NCBI GenBank assembly: GCA_964016885.1
Contig: OZ024742.1
Coordinates: forward strand, 228,656,001-228,720,000
From: Eledone cirrhosa
Taxonomy: Eukaryota
DNA: 64,000 nucleotides
Reading direction: 5' to 3'
Position numbers and translations under genes: made by a program. The notes below the pieces were generated by a model. It had not been told where the DNA came from and did no database searches. It saw only the letters and a list, made by a program, of their open reading frames with translations. Shown here one piece after another: positions 10,825-23,960 of the stretch (position 1 is its first letter; every line of letters starts with the position of its first letter).

Positions 10825-13800
10825 TTACAGATATATACTCAGAGTCGGCCCATTCACTCGGGCCATTCTTGCTTCTCTCACCCATCTTTCAACAAAATGC
10901 TGGGAAGAGAGCACTTCCTTCTCTACTCTGATTTTCCTTTTCAAATGAAATTTGAAAAAGTCAATCAGAGCATCACCGAAGAGGTAAGTGCTCGTCTTCA
11001 GCCCTTTCAAACGTGTCCACCATACTATCTCATTCGCCATGGCCACCAGGCAGATAAAAACTGCCTGCCCTTCCCGGCTAAAGAAGGAGGACGGGGCAAT
11101 CCTCACGATGGACTCAGATGATAGCCGGATCCGTCCTAAACGCGACAGCAGGTGTTCGACATAAACCCACAAGTCAGCAATTTTCGGACACTGGACGAGT
11201 GCGTGCAGGACGGTTTCGTCGCCCTGTGCGCATCTCGGACATGCCCGGCTGACGGCACCTCCATGCCTGTAGAGTTTATCCCGAACTGGCAAGGCTCCTC
11301 GGTAGCACTGCCAGGCCAGAGATTTCTGGAAGTTGTCCATAGGCCCTGGCCCGAAAGTTCTTCCTAAGAGATTGGCTAGTTGATTTTCGTCGACGCCTAG
11401 AGTTTCTCCAAGTACGTCGTCGCTCTTCCCCTCCACTAATCCTCTATAGAACGCCGAGGTGGAGTTTCCACCGATCACATTGCCCGATTGGTCGAGGGCT
11501 GTGAGCGCCTGAAGACATTCCAGTCTCCAGGCGCTCCCTCTCGGTCTTCGCTTGACCCAGGACTGCAGCTCCGTCAAGGAAACGAGCTGGGGAAATACGT
11601 GTCTAGCAAACGGCGACCACACCTGATCACCGTCGAGGAAGAGGTGGAGATGTCGTAGCCTGAGCGCGTGCCTGCGCATCATCAGCCACGGCATGCCCAG
11701 CCCTCCACGTAGCGGGTGTTGACAACAGATGGACCGCCTGACCATCGGAGCGCGTCCCTTCCACAAAAAGCCAAAGAGCAAACGCTCCAGCGCAGTCAGG
11801 CGAGGCTTAGGACAAGGTACGACGGTCAGGCGGTAGCAGATGACAGACGCGATGTACGCGTTAGCCACCTCCGCTCGACCTTTCAGGGATAGCTTCCTCT
11901 CGGCCCATTTCTGGGTGAGAGAAGCCACCCTGCTCGTCACCTCGTCCCAGTTTTTGTCCGTCTGGAGGTCTGGACCGAACCAGACCCCTAGCAATTTAAC
12001 CGGTCCGTCCGTCCAGCGCCCGACTACGCTGTTGGACGGCATGGACCTGCCTCTCCAGGTGCCGAGCTGCAGGCCCACTGACTTTTCCTGGTTGATCATT
12101 GCTCCTGTCACCGCTTCGTATTCTCTTAGTGTAGTGCCGATCGCCTCGATGTGTTTGGCGTTCGACACCACTACGGTGACATCGTCGGCATATGCTGACA
12201 CGGATCTTCCGCATCCTAGTTCGCGCGGGACCCCCCTCAACGTCTCCAGTTTGTGCAGTAATGGCTCGAGAGTCAATACGTACAAGAGGGACGAGAGGGG
12301 ACATCCTTGGCGGACCGAGAGCATGATGTTGAACGGTTCCGACAGGTGACCGTTCACTCTCACCACAGAGCAGATGTCGCTGTGCATGGCAGCGATCCAG
12401 CCTCTGAAGACGGGCCCAAAGCCAGCCGCCCTCAGGACTGCCGCTAGGTAACGATGGTCGACCCTATCGAAAGCTTTCGACTGATCTAAATTGATCAAGG
12501 ACCCACCCGTGCCAGGTTCCTTAGCTACCCTCTCTACGATGTATCGCATGAGGTGGAGGTTGTCGTGGATGGATCTGTCGGGAATGGCGCATGTCTGCGC
12601 CTCTCCCACCAGACCACCAACGACAAGCGCCAACCTCTTTGCTAGCACCTTGGCCAAAATCTTGAACTCTGTGTTTAGCAGAGTTATGGGCCGGAAATTA
12701 TCTATGTTATCCCCCTTGTTCGGATCCTTTCTCAGCAGTTCCACCGCTCCTCGGCTCACAGAACTGGGAATTCTCCCGTTCTGTTGCCAGTTGCAGTAGA
12801 CGTCCGCCAAGAGGCCTCCGAACAAGTCTGGCATCTGTACGTAAAGTTCATAGGGCAGACCATCCAAACCAGGCGATTTATCCCTTGTGCAGCCAGTCAT
12901 TGCCTCCCTTACTTCAGCGGCTGTTATCGGCTTTTCGCAATACTTCGCCTCAGTGGCCGAGAGCCGCGGCAGTCCGTCGAGGTAGACACTAAAGTCCATC
13001 CCTCTACCCGGCCCACCGCTGCCCCCGAACAGCTGAGCGAAGTGTCGCTGAAAAGCTTCACACATTTGCCCGGGATCGAGTAGCATGCGCCCGTCGTGGT
13101 CCACCAAAGACCGGATCGTGGCTTTGTTGCCACGACGCGCCTCCGCCACTCGGGCCCATTGAACGGCTTTCGTCCCCTCGTATCTGAGAGCACGCACCCT
13201 TGCTCTGACAACGCAGCCTTCGTGCTTTGCATTGAAGAATTGGTCAAGGGCCAATTTCGCCGCAAGTACGTCGGTCGCAATGCCTTTGCTAAGCGCCTCG
13301 TCTAATTTTCTAACTAGTTCTCCCTCTGCTCTATTTTTCTCTATTGCTAAAGCCTTACTAAACCTAATCGATTCTATTCTAATCGCTCTTTTCAGAGCAA
13401 ACCACCACTTGTTGTTGACGATGGCCCCCGTCAACGCCCGCTTAACTAGTTCGCTAATCCGGTCTCTGTAGGCCTTGCGCGCTGGTAAGGACGCGTTTAG
13501 CTTCCAGTAGCCGGGTCCTCGTCTATGAAGCCTATCTAAGTCAAGCACACAGATCACGAATTTGTGGTCCGTGTAGCTGACTATCTTGAATTGTGGACAG
13601 CCTATGCTAGACCTATCTATTTCCCTACAAAATACTCTATCTAGATATGATCTGGATGACCCTATGCGGTTTGTCCAAGTCCACATTGGCACATTCGGGA
13701 AATCCAATTGGTACCTGTCAGACAGTTCAAAACGCCTGAGCAGGTTGGTGAGGCTCTTGCACCCTCCATCCCTATCCACTAATCCCACACAGTCCCAGCG

Positions 13801-14243
13801 TGCATCTAAGATCCCGTTCCAGTCGCCCACTAACACTAAAGAGCGGGACGTTCCAAGAAAGGTCTCCAGACGCCGGAAGAAATCAGGCCGCCCTGCTCCA
13901 GTCGGGGCATAGACGGCTACTAGCCTGAAAGCTTGCCCGTCTCCGCTGGTCACGTCCAGCACCACCAGCTTACCCTCTGGGTCCAGGAAGATGGCCCGTA
14001 TGGCGAGATCCAAACCTCTCCGAAAAAGTACAGCAACTCCTCCCCCGATCCAGGACGGCTGGGAGATGTGTACACATCGTAGCCGCCGAAGATCGGTGCG
14101 AAGGCCCGTGCTTCGGAGATTCTGGTCTCGCTGATGGCCACTACATCTATGTTTAGTGACCTGAGGTCGTTGAGCAGGTGACCCTGCTTCCATGACGACC
14201 CCAAGCCACGCGCATTTATGCTGCCTATTCTGACTGAGGTCAT
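10825..14243 (-). CDS. ORF2 of copy C (APE and RT) with one frameshift near 14044
   Basis: MTSVRIGSINARG starts at 14243; a C5 run where copy B has C6 shifts the frame; the rest is open to 10825. Confidence 0.9.
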
Positions 14244-14278
14244 GTTTAAAATAGAGTGGAAAAGATGGGAAAGACCAC

Positions 14279-16384
14279 TTACCGTACTTTTGGTAGAGGA
14301 GGGATGGTTTTTACATCCCTTTTCACTTGATCGTCTGGTTGAATCGTCCCTTCGGCTGGTCGTCGGCTCTTCTAAGAGAATGTCTGAATATACTCTTCGA
14401 TTGATAGTTCCTCCTAGGTCCCTGAAATCACCAACTGCGTTGGGGAATTTCGTTTTAATGTTTGTGTATTGTTTCTGTGCTATTTTTAGCAGTCTTATGT
14501 TAGTTGGCGTTTTGATTGGTGCTGGTATTATGTAGTCGTGTTGTGAAATGTCTGTGTGTTCAATTATGTAAGTCATTAGTTTCTTGTTGTGTGTATTTAT
14601 TGCCGTGCATTTGTTTTTCTGGGGGTGGGTGTGGTTCTGCTATTTTCTTGTCGTTGTTGCTGGGTGTGTGTGTTTTGTTGTTGTGTTTGCGATGTTGGTG
14701 CTTGTGGTGGTGGTGTTGAAGGTGTTGTTGTTGTTGTTGGCGGTGGGGTTGTCGCCGGTGGTGATGGTGGTGCTAGTGTGGGTGGTGATGGTGTTGGTGG
14801 TGTTGCTGCTGTGGGTCTCTTTGCAGTAGACTTTACCCTTTTCTCATTTCTTTCCTCCCTTTTCAAAGGCGACGATGCGCTGCTTCTGCGTTTGTGCCTT
14901 CTTACGACCTTTTGCCATCTCTCTCCCACCTCACACTCCATGTCTGATTCTGTGAGGTCGGGGAGGGGTACCAGCTCCACTCTTTCACTTGTTGTTGTTG
15001 GTGATGTTTGCACTGGAGTCTCTGTTGCAGCTGCATTTGGTATTGCTGTTGTTGTTGTTAATATTTCCACTGCTGCTGCTGTTTTTGATTTCCGTGGCGT
15101 GGGTATGGGTGCCACGGACCTATCGTTCCTGGTTGCCGCTTGTCCTGTTGGTGGTAGCCGTGGAGCCGGTTTCGGAAGGAGGGGGGTGTCTCCTTTCTCA
15201 GGGTCTTCTCGTTGCAGAAGGCCCTGAGGTGAGTCTTCGATCCACAGCGAAAGCATTTCGGGCGTTTTCCTTCAACACTTATGGGCAGTTGAGTGCCGTT
15301 ATCGAAGTCTATCACATCCGGGATAGCTTCGATGCACTCCTGGTTGGTTTGGATTAGCATCTCAATGGAGGTGCCGACCCAATCTTCTCTTACTTTTTTC
15401 TGTACTTGCAGTACAGTTGTTTTGTCCTCGATTCCGACGAGGACAGACGCGGCCAGCCAAGAAGGGCCATCCCGGGGGGGGGGGGGGGGGGCGTGGGTCA
15501 GTTTGACCCTCACAATTTTTTGCCCGCAGTAGGAGGGCACCAACACCATTTCATCGCTCCTTAGGGTCACTACGGATTGGGCCTTTGCCTCCTGGGGTGT
15601 GGCAAAAAGTACGTCTACAGTGGCATATTTTTTTTCCTCGGGTGATGTGCGTTTTCCGCTGCCACACAGACCCCAAGGCTTTTTGTATTTGAGCCTCTGT
15701 GGCTCTTTCCACCCTACGGGATTTTGTACTTACTGTACGGTACGTGACCGTACAGTGCTGTTGGGTTTCGAAAAATTTTTCCGCTGCCTTGCAGATTGCC
15801 CGGTGTCCATTCTTTGTCACCATCTTCTTCGCTTCCTCTAATTCCTCATTTGTTATGAGGATTGTTTCCAAGTTTTTCGCAATACCTGCAAATGAGATTG
15901 GTTTTTCTTTGCTGCTGTTGTTGTTGTCGTCAGAGCTGCTGTTACTTTTGTTGTTGCTGCAGGTACTACGACTACTGCCTCCGCCGCTGTTGCTGTGGTT
16001 GTTGTTGGTGTTGCTGCTGCTAATGCTGTTGTTGTTTATGCTGCTGGTGATGCTGTTGCGGCTGCTACTGTTGTTTTCATTGTCACTGTTGCTGTTGTTA
16101 TTACGGCTGCTACTGCTATTATTCCTGACGTCAGACGAATGAACTGGGTTTTCGTATTTCCCGCACACCTGTTTCGTCGCTGTCGTCGTCGTCGTGGAGA
16201 AACCTTGCACGCTTTGCACGAGACTTTTCTTTTCTTTCGTCACTTGCGAAAGAGAAGGGAGGGAGAGAGACACATTTAAAGAAGGGAGGGAGAGAGACAA
16301 TCTTCTCTCTGCTGTAGTGACGATTGAGGAAGAAGAAGACGGAATGAGTGGGAGTGACCTATGCAAATTCTTTTTCGTAGCCAT
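14279..16384 (-). CDS. ORF1 of copy C, frameshifted (Asn/Ser-rich N-terminus, CCHC knuckle)
   Basis: SFAGIAK..CTVTYRT..SRRVERATEAQIQKALG and CFRCGSKTHLRAFC are homologous to ORF1 of copy B. Confidence 0.75.
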
Positions 16385-16618
16385 GTTGTTTTTTTTGTTT
16401 AAAATAAATATTGGGTACAAAACCCCAATAAGCAGTTATTTAACCCCGAAGGGCCAAATAACGGGCAGAAAGACCCCTCTCACGAGGAGGAGGGTGTTTT
16501 TGTCTACAAGTTGGTCTAAGTTTTAAACAATTTACAACTGTTATAGCGTTCAAAATTTACAGTACCTTACAAAGCCGAGCCTCCGTCAACCATAGCATTC
16601 AATAATAATAATAATAAT

Positions 16619-17013
16619 GAACACAATGGACCTGACCGGGTAGTTTTTGACAAGGAAAACAGATCGTGCCTGATTGTAAATGTAGCCAGCCCATTTGACA
16701 CGAGAGTGCAAGAAAAGGAGAAAATTAACCGATACCAGGATTTAAAGTGAGAGTTAAAAAGGATTTGGGACTATCACGAGATCAAGATCGTCCCGATTGT
16801 CATATGAGCACTAGGTACTATCACAAAGAGTTTTCAAGGATGATTACAGAAGATTAGTCCAGCCCCGTTTTTTGGGACACTTCAAAAAGCATTCTTGCTA
16901 GGAACAGCGTGAACCCTCCGATACGTCCTGAATATCTGAGACTGCAGGTAGCGGCTTGATGTTCATTTGAATAAACTTTCCAGTTAAATAACATCAATGA
17001 CTGAGACTTAAAG
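16619..17013 (+). mobile_element. 3' fragment of an R4/Dong-like RLE LINE
   Basis: Matches 19367-19768 (endonuclease end and 3' UTR); followed by (AAG)n. Confidence 0.9.
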
Positions 17014-17160
17014 AAGAAGAAGAAGAAGAAGAAGAAGAAGAAGAAGAAGAAGAAAAAGAAGAAGAAGAAGACGAAGAAGAAGAAGAAGAAGAAGAAGAAG
17101 AAGAAGAAGAAGAAGAAGAAGAAGAACAACAACAACAACAATAATAATAATAATAATAAT
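17011..17160. repeat. Compound microsatellite (AAG)n(AAC)n(AAT)n
   Basis: Read directly from the sequence. Confidence 0.95.
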
Positions 17161-19768
17161 GGACACTAAAAATAGACTGGAAATAAAGTACAAAACTAGG
17201 AGGAAAAGGCTAAATATTATCACAGAGGAATTGAAGCAACGCATTGTAGCAAAGAGTGCAACAATTAGGCGATATGAGAGCAGAGTCAGTAAGTATAGAC
17301 AGAACCGCATGTTTGACAAGAACCAGAAGATGTTGTTTGGACAGCTTGAAGGGAAAGAAAGAGGCAACGACTTGTTCCCTGAGGCGGAACACACTAAGAC
17401 ATTCTGGAAAGGAATATGGGAGCAGGATGTTAAACATAATGATCAGGCAGTGTGGATTGAGACAGTACAAAAGGAGATTAGTGAACAGGCACACCAACAA
17501 ACTGATTTGAGTATCACAGTTGAAACTCTTAAGGGGCAGGCCAAAAAACTAACCAACTGGAAATCACCAGGCCCAGATGGTGTGCAGGGGTATTGGATTA
17601 AAAATGTAACATCCCTCCACCCGAAACTGACAACCATGTTCAATGACTGCTTGATGTCAGGTGAGGTACCAGAGTGGTTGACAAAAGGTACCACAGTTCT
17701 AGTAATGAAAGACCGAATCAAGGGTAATGATGTTACCAACTATAGACCTATCACATGCCTGTCCGTAATGTGGAAACTGTTGACAAGCATTGTGTCTGAG
17801 GAAATCTACCATCACCTCCACAAACAACTTGTTACCGGACGAACAGAAAGGATGCCGAAAGAAGTCCCGTGGTACAAAGGACCAGTTAATTATTGATAAG
17901 ATGGAAATGAGGAATTGCAAGAGGAGACACACTTGTCTTGCCATGGGATGGATAGACTACAAAAAGGCATTTAACATGGTGCCTCATTCTTGGATCACCA
18001 AAAGCCTAGAGATCTTCAAGGTGGCAGATAACATCAGACAGTTGTTGAGCAAAAGTATGAAGTCCTGGAAAACAGAGTTAACATCAGCTGGAGAATCCTT
18101 GGGAGGCGTGAAGATCAAGAGAGGTATCTTCCAGGGAGATAGTATGTCCCCTCTGTTGTTTGTCCTTGCCCTGATGCCCCTGACCATTATACTGCGAAAA
18201 GTGAGAGCAGGATACAAGTTGGGAAAGGGAGAGCTTACCATCAATCACCCATCTTCATGGACGATCTTAAGCTCTTCGGGAAGAGTGAGAAGGAGTTGGA
18301 TGTGCTTGTTGACACTGTCCGTATTTTCAGCAAGATATATGTATGCAATTTGGTATTAGTAAGTGTGGAGTCCTTGTGATGAAGAGGGGTAAATTGAGCA
18401 GAAGCAACGGAATCCAGGTACCAACAGGTGAGATGATAAAGGAAATTGACACTGAAGAAGGATACAAGTATTTGGGTATTCTGGAGGCTGATGACATCAA
18501 GAACAAAAAAATGAAGGAATTGATAAGATCTGAATACATTCTGAGAGTAAGGAGCGTATTAAAGTCACATCTGAACAGTAGGAATGCCATAAGTGCAGTA
18601 AATTCCCGAGCTGTGTCTATTATTAGGTACAGTGCGGGAATTCTGAGATGGAATGTTGCTGAACAAAAATAAATGGATAGGAAGACTAGGAAGCTATTTA
18701 CTATCTACAACATGTTCCACAAGAAGAGTGATGTCGATAGACTCTACTTAAGAAGATCTGAAGGTGGAAGAGGTCTTATCAGCATAGAGGACTGTGTTCA
18801 GATGGAGAAAAACAACCTACACAAATACGTGACTGATAGTAAGGAGCCAATGCTCAGAATTGTACTGAAGGAGAGGACAATAGACCAGGGGATGTCCAAG
18901 GAGGAAATAACAACAAGGAGAAAGAGCAGCCTTCATGAAAAAACCCTTCATAGTACCTTCTTTGAGAAAACTGAATTTGGAGATCCACAGACATAGAACT
19001 GGTTGAAAAGAGGAGACCTTAAAAAGGCTACAGAAGGAATCCTAATGGCTGCGCAAGAGCAGGCCCTCAAAACGAAGTGGTTGAAACACCATATTTACAA
19101 GGAGGAGGCTAGGCCACTGTGCAGGATCTGTGGAGAGAGAGAGGAGACTGTGGCTCACATTGTATCAGAGTGTAAACACATAGCCCAGACTCACTTTAAA
19201 GGCTGGAGACATGATGTGATGGGCAGGGTGATCCACTGGCACCTATGCAAAGTAAACAATTTACCACATTCTGAGAAGTGGTATGAACATAAGCCAGAGT
19301 CGGTGATAGAAAACGATCAGGTGAAGGTGCTGTGGGATTTTAGGATACAGACGGACACGAAACTGGAACACAATAGACCTGACCTGGTGGTTTTGGACAA
19401 GGAAAAAAGATCGTGCCTGATTGTGTATGTGGCCTGCCCATTCGACACGAGAGTACAAGAGAAGGAGAGGGAGAAAATTAACCGATACCAGGACTTAAAG
19501 TGGGAGGTAAAAAGGATTTGGAACTGCCATGAAGTCAAAGTGGTCCCGATTGTCATAGGCGCACTAGGTACTATCTCAAAAGGTTTCTAGGGATGGTTAA
19601 AGAAAATTGGCCCCGCCCCGCTTTTTGGAACGCTTCAAAAAGCATGCTTGCTGGGAACAGCAAGAACCCTCCGATACGTCCTGCATATCTGAGGCTGCAG
19701 GTAGTGGCTTGATATTCATTTCAACAAACTTTCCAGTTAACTAACATCAATGACTGAGACTCAAAGAA
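17161..19768 (+). mobile_element. 5'-truncated R4/Dong-like LINE (RT, CCHC finger, restriction-like endonuclease), with frameshifts and stops
   Basis: [79 protein letters not shown]; (AAT)n on both sides. Confidence 0.92.
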
Positions 19769-19769
19769 C

Positions 19770-19812
<43 letters not shown>

Positions 19813-20619
19813 GTATTGTAGTAATAATAAACTTCAACATCAATAGAAAACATTTATGGATGAATTAATCTGACCCTAGCTTGATAATCATTATTATCGA
19901 TCTACTGGTAATAATGCAAGCGAACGTAATTTAAAAACTCCTGGAAATATTAATCTTGTTTCGATTTATTTTCTTCGCTCTACTATATAAATTCGATATG
20001 TTCACTTTCCGATCATCTGAAGATGTCCCAATTCTTTGTATAAAAATATCCTAGGGCTAGGTTCCCACCAAGAACCTCTATTTAGATATACAGTGACATC
20101 TTCAACTATACACTTCGATCTGTTCATTTTCCGATCACCTTCAGATGCACAAATTCTTTGTATAAACACAATTTCGGGCTAAGCTCTCACAAATAATCTG
20201 TATTTAAATAAACTGTAGTACAAATACAGCGTAATTCCTAATAGAGGCGGATATGAACGCCTATAATACAATATAGTTGTGTATAATAAACACATAAAAC
20301 TCACTATGGTATCTTAAGCTGTGATCATATCACGACTACACCAGTAGCCGTGTGAGAACGCGAAAATCTGTTCCAGGAATTTATTCGTCTTCAGTAACGT
20401 TTACTTATTTAGTACTGAGGCAAAATAAGCTGTAGCTTATATAGATTTCGCAGATGGTACATCTAAGGAGATGCTCATTTGCTTAGAGCATGGACTTTAC
20501 TGGGTTAATGGGCTTATTAATTAAAAGTAGCACTAACAAAGTGTGATTCATAATAGAGGCCTATATGAAGTATATAATATATATTTATGTATGATAGTTT
20601 CTCGTTTAGGCACAACACC

Positions 20620-21052
20620 AGCAATTTGTGGGAAGGAAGAAGTCGATTAAATCGACGCCAGTACTTGACTAGTATTGTATTTGGCGAGATTTGAAAACAG
20701 AACGTAAAGGGTCGTAACGAAATAATGCAATGCTTTCCATCCGACACACTAACGAATTTTGCCAATGTATGTAGAATCGTAGGGGTGCCGTAGGAATATA
20801 CGGTGTTTCTTGGGCATTTTACACCTGGCGGAGTTCCCTCTTTCCAGGTCTGAACAGCCAATTGCTTCCAAAGAGTATGATAAAGAATTCACGAAAAAAG
20901 GGATATTGACTGTTACATTTTTATTTATCGACCTGGAAAGAGCGAAAGGCAAAGTTGTTCCCGGTTGGATTAGAACATAGAGCGCAGAGAGCCGGAACGA
21001 ATACTACAAAATATTCAGTTCGACGTTGTAACGACTCTATCGATTCGCCGCC
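20620..21052 (-). mobile_element. Two older, diverged SINE family 1 remnants (about 20620-20765 and 20915-21052)
   Basis: 'agtcgattaaatcgac..cagta' and 'tatttatcgacctggaaagagcgaaaggcaaagtt' resemble the SINE core. Confidence 0.6.
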
Positions 21053-21337
21053 CGATTCTGCCAATAGAGAACTTCAAACACTATCTTGATCGACTGAGAA
21101 CTGAGCTAGCTATGTTGTCATACGAGACTTTATTCACCATAAAGTCTTATAAAGACTATTTTTTCTATAAGTTTTCCATTCAATTTAGTTTTATCAACTA
21201 ATAGATTATTACTTTTTCTATCTTTCAATGTTTTACCGTAGGAAATCAATTGGGTTCTTATCTTTCAAGAAGTAATAATCACAAAAGTTTTATCTTTGAT
21301 AACTAATTCAACAGATAAAAACAAACTACTAGCACCA

Positions 21338-21377
<40 letters not shown>

Positions 21378-21394
21378 TTGTGTTATTATTACTA

Positions 21395-21452
<58 letters not shown>

Positions 21453-21917
21453 TAGTAATAATAACACAAAGACCAAAATCCAAAGAGGACTCTATTAGGG
21501 TGAAAGCAGAAACATTTTTTACTTAAACTTTTAATCTGTGCTAACAAAACAACAACAACAACAACAATAATAATGATAATATATATAAATATAATTAGTC
21601 AGAACAGTGACATATACAGGTGCTTAAGTTTCGTTGGGTTACACACCACAACTCATTCCCCCTCTTATATAAACAAAGATGACTACCCTCATAGAAGTTT
21701 TTAGAAAAAATAAGAGAGGTTTCTAAAGGTAGGTAATACTGAATTTAGCTCTGAGTAGACAAATCCTTTAAATAATGTAAAGGTAGGTAACTACGAAAAG
21801 GAAGCAACTTTTGTTGTACAAAGGAAAATTCAAATTTTCAATGCCCTAGGGACCACATTAGGCGATTTAGCGATCTCACTCTATAATTCTTAGTCTTTCT
21901 CTTTTTAGATAGATACA

Positions 21918-22277
21918 CACATATAACGTCGCGCCCTTATAATATCTGTCTGCATGTCTGGCTGTCTGCATTACGTCACTTCCTACAATTCGCTCTACGC
22001 CCAGAACGCGCCCTTATAATATCTGTCTGTATGTCTGACTGTCTGCTGCCTCCGGTTATTCAGCCACACTTGCTCAAGACAAATCTCACACTCATTCCGC
22101 AAACAGTTGGTAAGTGCACACAACTTCTTCCTCACGTTTTAAGCTAGTGTTGCTTACTTACGTACCACCAGACCCTTACTTCTCTGTCAGCCGTGGTTGT
22201 GGCAATACTAAGCTTAGCTAAGGCGGTTATATATTTCACAATACCTTATCCCGTGCAACGCCGGGTACCACTGCTAG
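21918..22277 (+). mobile_element. Non-autonomous Helitron-like element (3' terminus clear, 5' end uncertain)
   Basis: Hairpin cccgtgcaacgccggg (22250-22265), then CTAG at 22274-22277 followed by T; internal duplicated block with (CTGT)-like repeats. Confidence 0.65.
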
Positions 22278-22784
22278 TAGTTGATATTATTAGGAACGGT
22301 CAAAGGTGTATGATGGAACATTTTCATAGTATTTACTTTATGAATAGAAGATATACACCAATTCTGTAGCATTAACATAGTGCGTGTATTTAACAACGAA
22401 AAAAATCAGTCTGGCAAAATCCAATAGAAATCACATCTATTTATTAAATATACACGAAAAACAAACACTGAAACACAAATATAGAAACAGAAAGATATGT
22501 TTGTGTGTATATATATATAAGTATATATGTATATATATATATGTGTGTGTGTGAGTGCGTGTGTACCCACTCACATTAACTGTGACCGACTCTAATTCTA
22601 CAGAATTGATTGATGTCCAGCGTCTTTTTCAGCTATTGGGAGATAGAGACTTGATAGTTTTATGACCCTAACTGAAGACGATAGCAGTCGCCGTATTTTG
22701 ACTGGTTGATCTTCATATGAGGAAATAAATTCTGTGAGTGAACATCGTTAATTTTCTCCCTCATATCAAGGATTTGAAGACAAT

Positions 22785-22872
22785 TCATTTTCACCTGACG
22801 AGATCAGTGATAATCGATCATGGCTACACGATCGATCTATCTCTTATTGAAACATGTGTCGTGATTAAAATG
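22785..22872 (+). ncRNA. Minimal type I hammerhead ribozyme motif
   Basis: tcac CTGACGA [stem II atcgatc/gatcgat] GAA ACATGTGT C gtga; the base of stem II is imperfect. Confidence 0.65.
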
Positions 22873-23080
22873 ATTGGAAATGTATACCATGCCTTCGGAT
22901 CTTTATTTTGATACAAATACTCCGTTTTACATCATCTAGCTGTTCCCATAAATGGAATTGGAGATATACAAAAGCGTGGAGAACTTAATATTGCTCACAA
23001 AAATTTATCATCTCATGATGATATTTGTTTTTGAAATGCGCATAATAAAATACTTGGAACTCTTTTAACCATCTTTTGAT

Positions 23081-23146
<66 letters not shown>

Positions 23147-23217
23147 TATATATAAATCTTTCACTGTAAATGTATATATATATATACGTTTACACAAAGA
23201 GAGAGGGAGAGAGAGAA

Positions 23218-23425
23218 GGCACATAGCTACACATATAGGCACATAGCTACACATATAGGCACATAGCTACACATACAGGCACATATCTACACATACAGGC
23301 ACATATCTACACATACAGGCACATAGCTACACATACAGGCACATATCTACACATACAGGCACATATCTACACATACAGGCACATATCTACACATACAGGC
23401 ACATAGCTACACATACAGGCACATA
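23218..23425. repeat. 20-bp minisatellite (ggcacatagctacacataca), about 10 units
   Basis: Direct tandem repeats with no spacers. Confidence 0.9.
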
Positions 23426-23688
23426 CATACACAGATGCAATGAGAAAGAGACAGCAACATAGAGACGGATACATGCATCCGGTGTGTATGTATGCGTGAG
23501 TTTCCATCTATTGGCCTTGTGACTGCTTATTTAGGTGAAGTGTAAACTACTCATTACCTGGAATTAATTAGTTTTGTTTAGTAACGTGTCTCATTATATT
23601 TTTTACAAACTTAATTATGTGTTCTATATTTTAAACAACACCTGCCTGGACATTGAAATATATATATGTATATATATATATATTCTAT

Positions 23689-23762
<74 letters not shown>

Positions 23763-23892
23763 GAGGTTATATTTAATTTGTTGGGATTCAACAAGCTTAA
23801 ACATTTTTATAACTGATATAAAGCACTCAACAAATTAGTGCAGTAAATATACAATATATTAACAAATGGAAGCTATATTTATAAAACCATAT

Positions 23893-23960
23893 ATATTTTA
23901 TTATACATATTTCAAGGGCCACCAAGGCAAATTATGGTGCGCTTTCATCAGATAAAATAC
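23893..23960 (-). ncRNA. Hammerhead motif (left arm)
   Basis: Reverse complement of 24191-24258. Confidence 0.7.

Larger units (their letters stand above)
10562..16600 (-). mobile_element. Apparently full-length Tx1/L1-clade LINE (copy C)
   Basis: ORF2 and 3' UTR nearly identical to copy B, with a divergent ORF1 and 5' UTR; bounded by (AAT)n at 10523-10561 and 16601-16618. Confidence 0.95.

Noticed and set aside
5156-13912. Plus-strand ORFs duplicated in copies B and C
   Set aside because: Antisense shadows of a GC-rich ORF2; conserved only because the DNA is near-identical
8768-15640. Programmed frameshifting in ORF1/ORF2
   Set aside because: Breaks lie at or near homopolymer runs and differ between B and C; sequencing indels or decay are more likely
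23218-23425. Regular 20-bp repeats superficially like a CRISPR array
   Set aside because: No unique spacers, no cas genes, eukaryotic context
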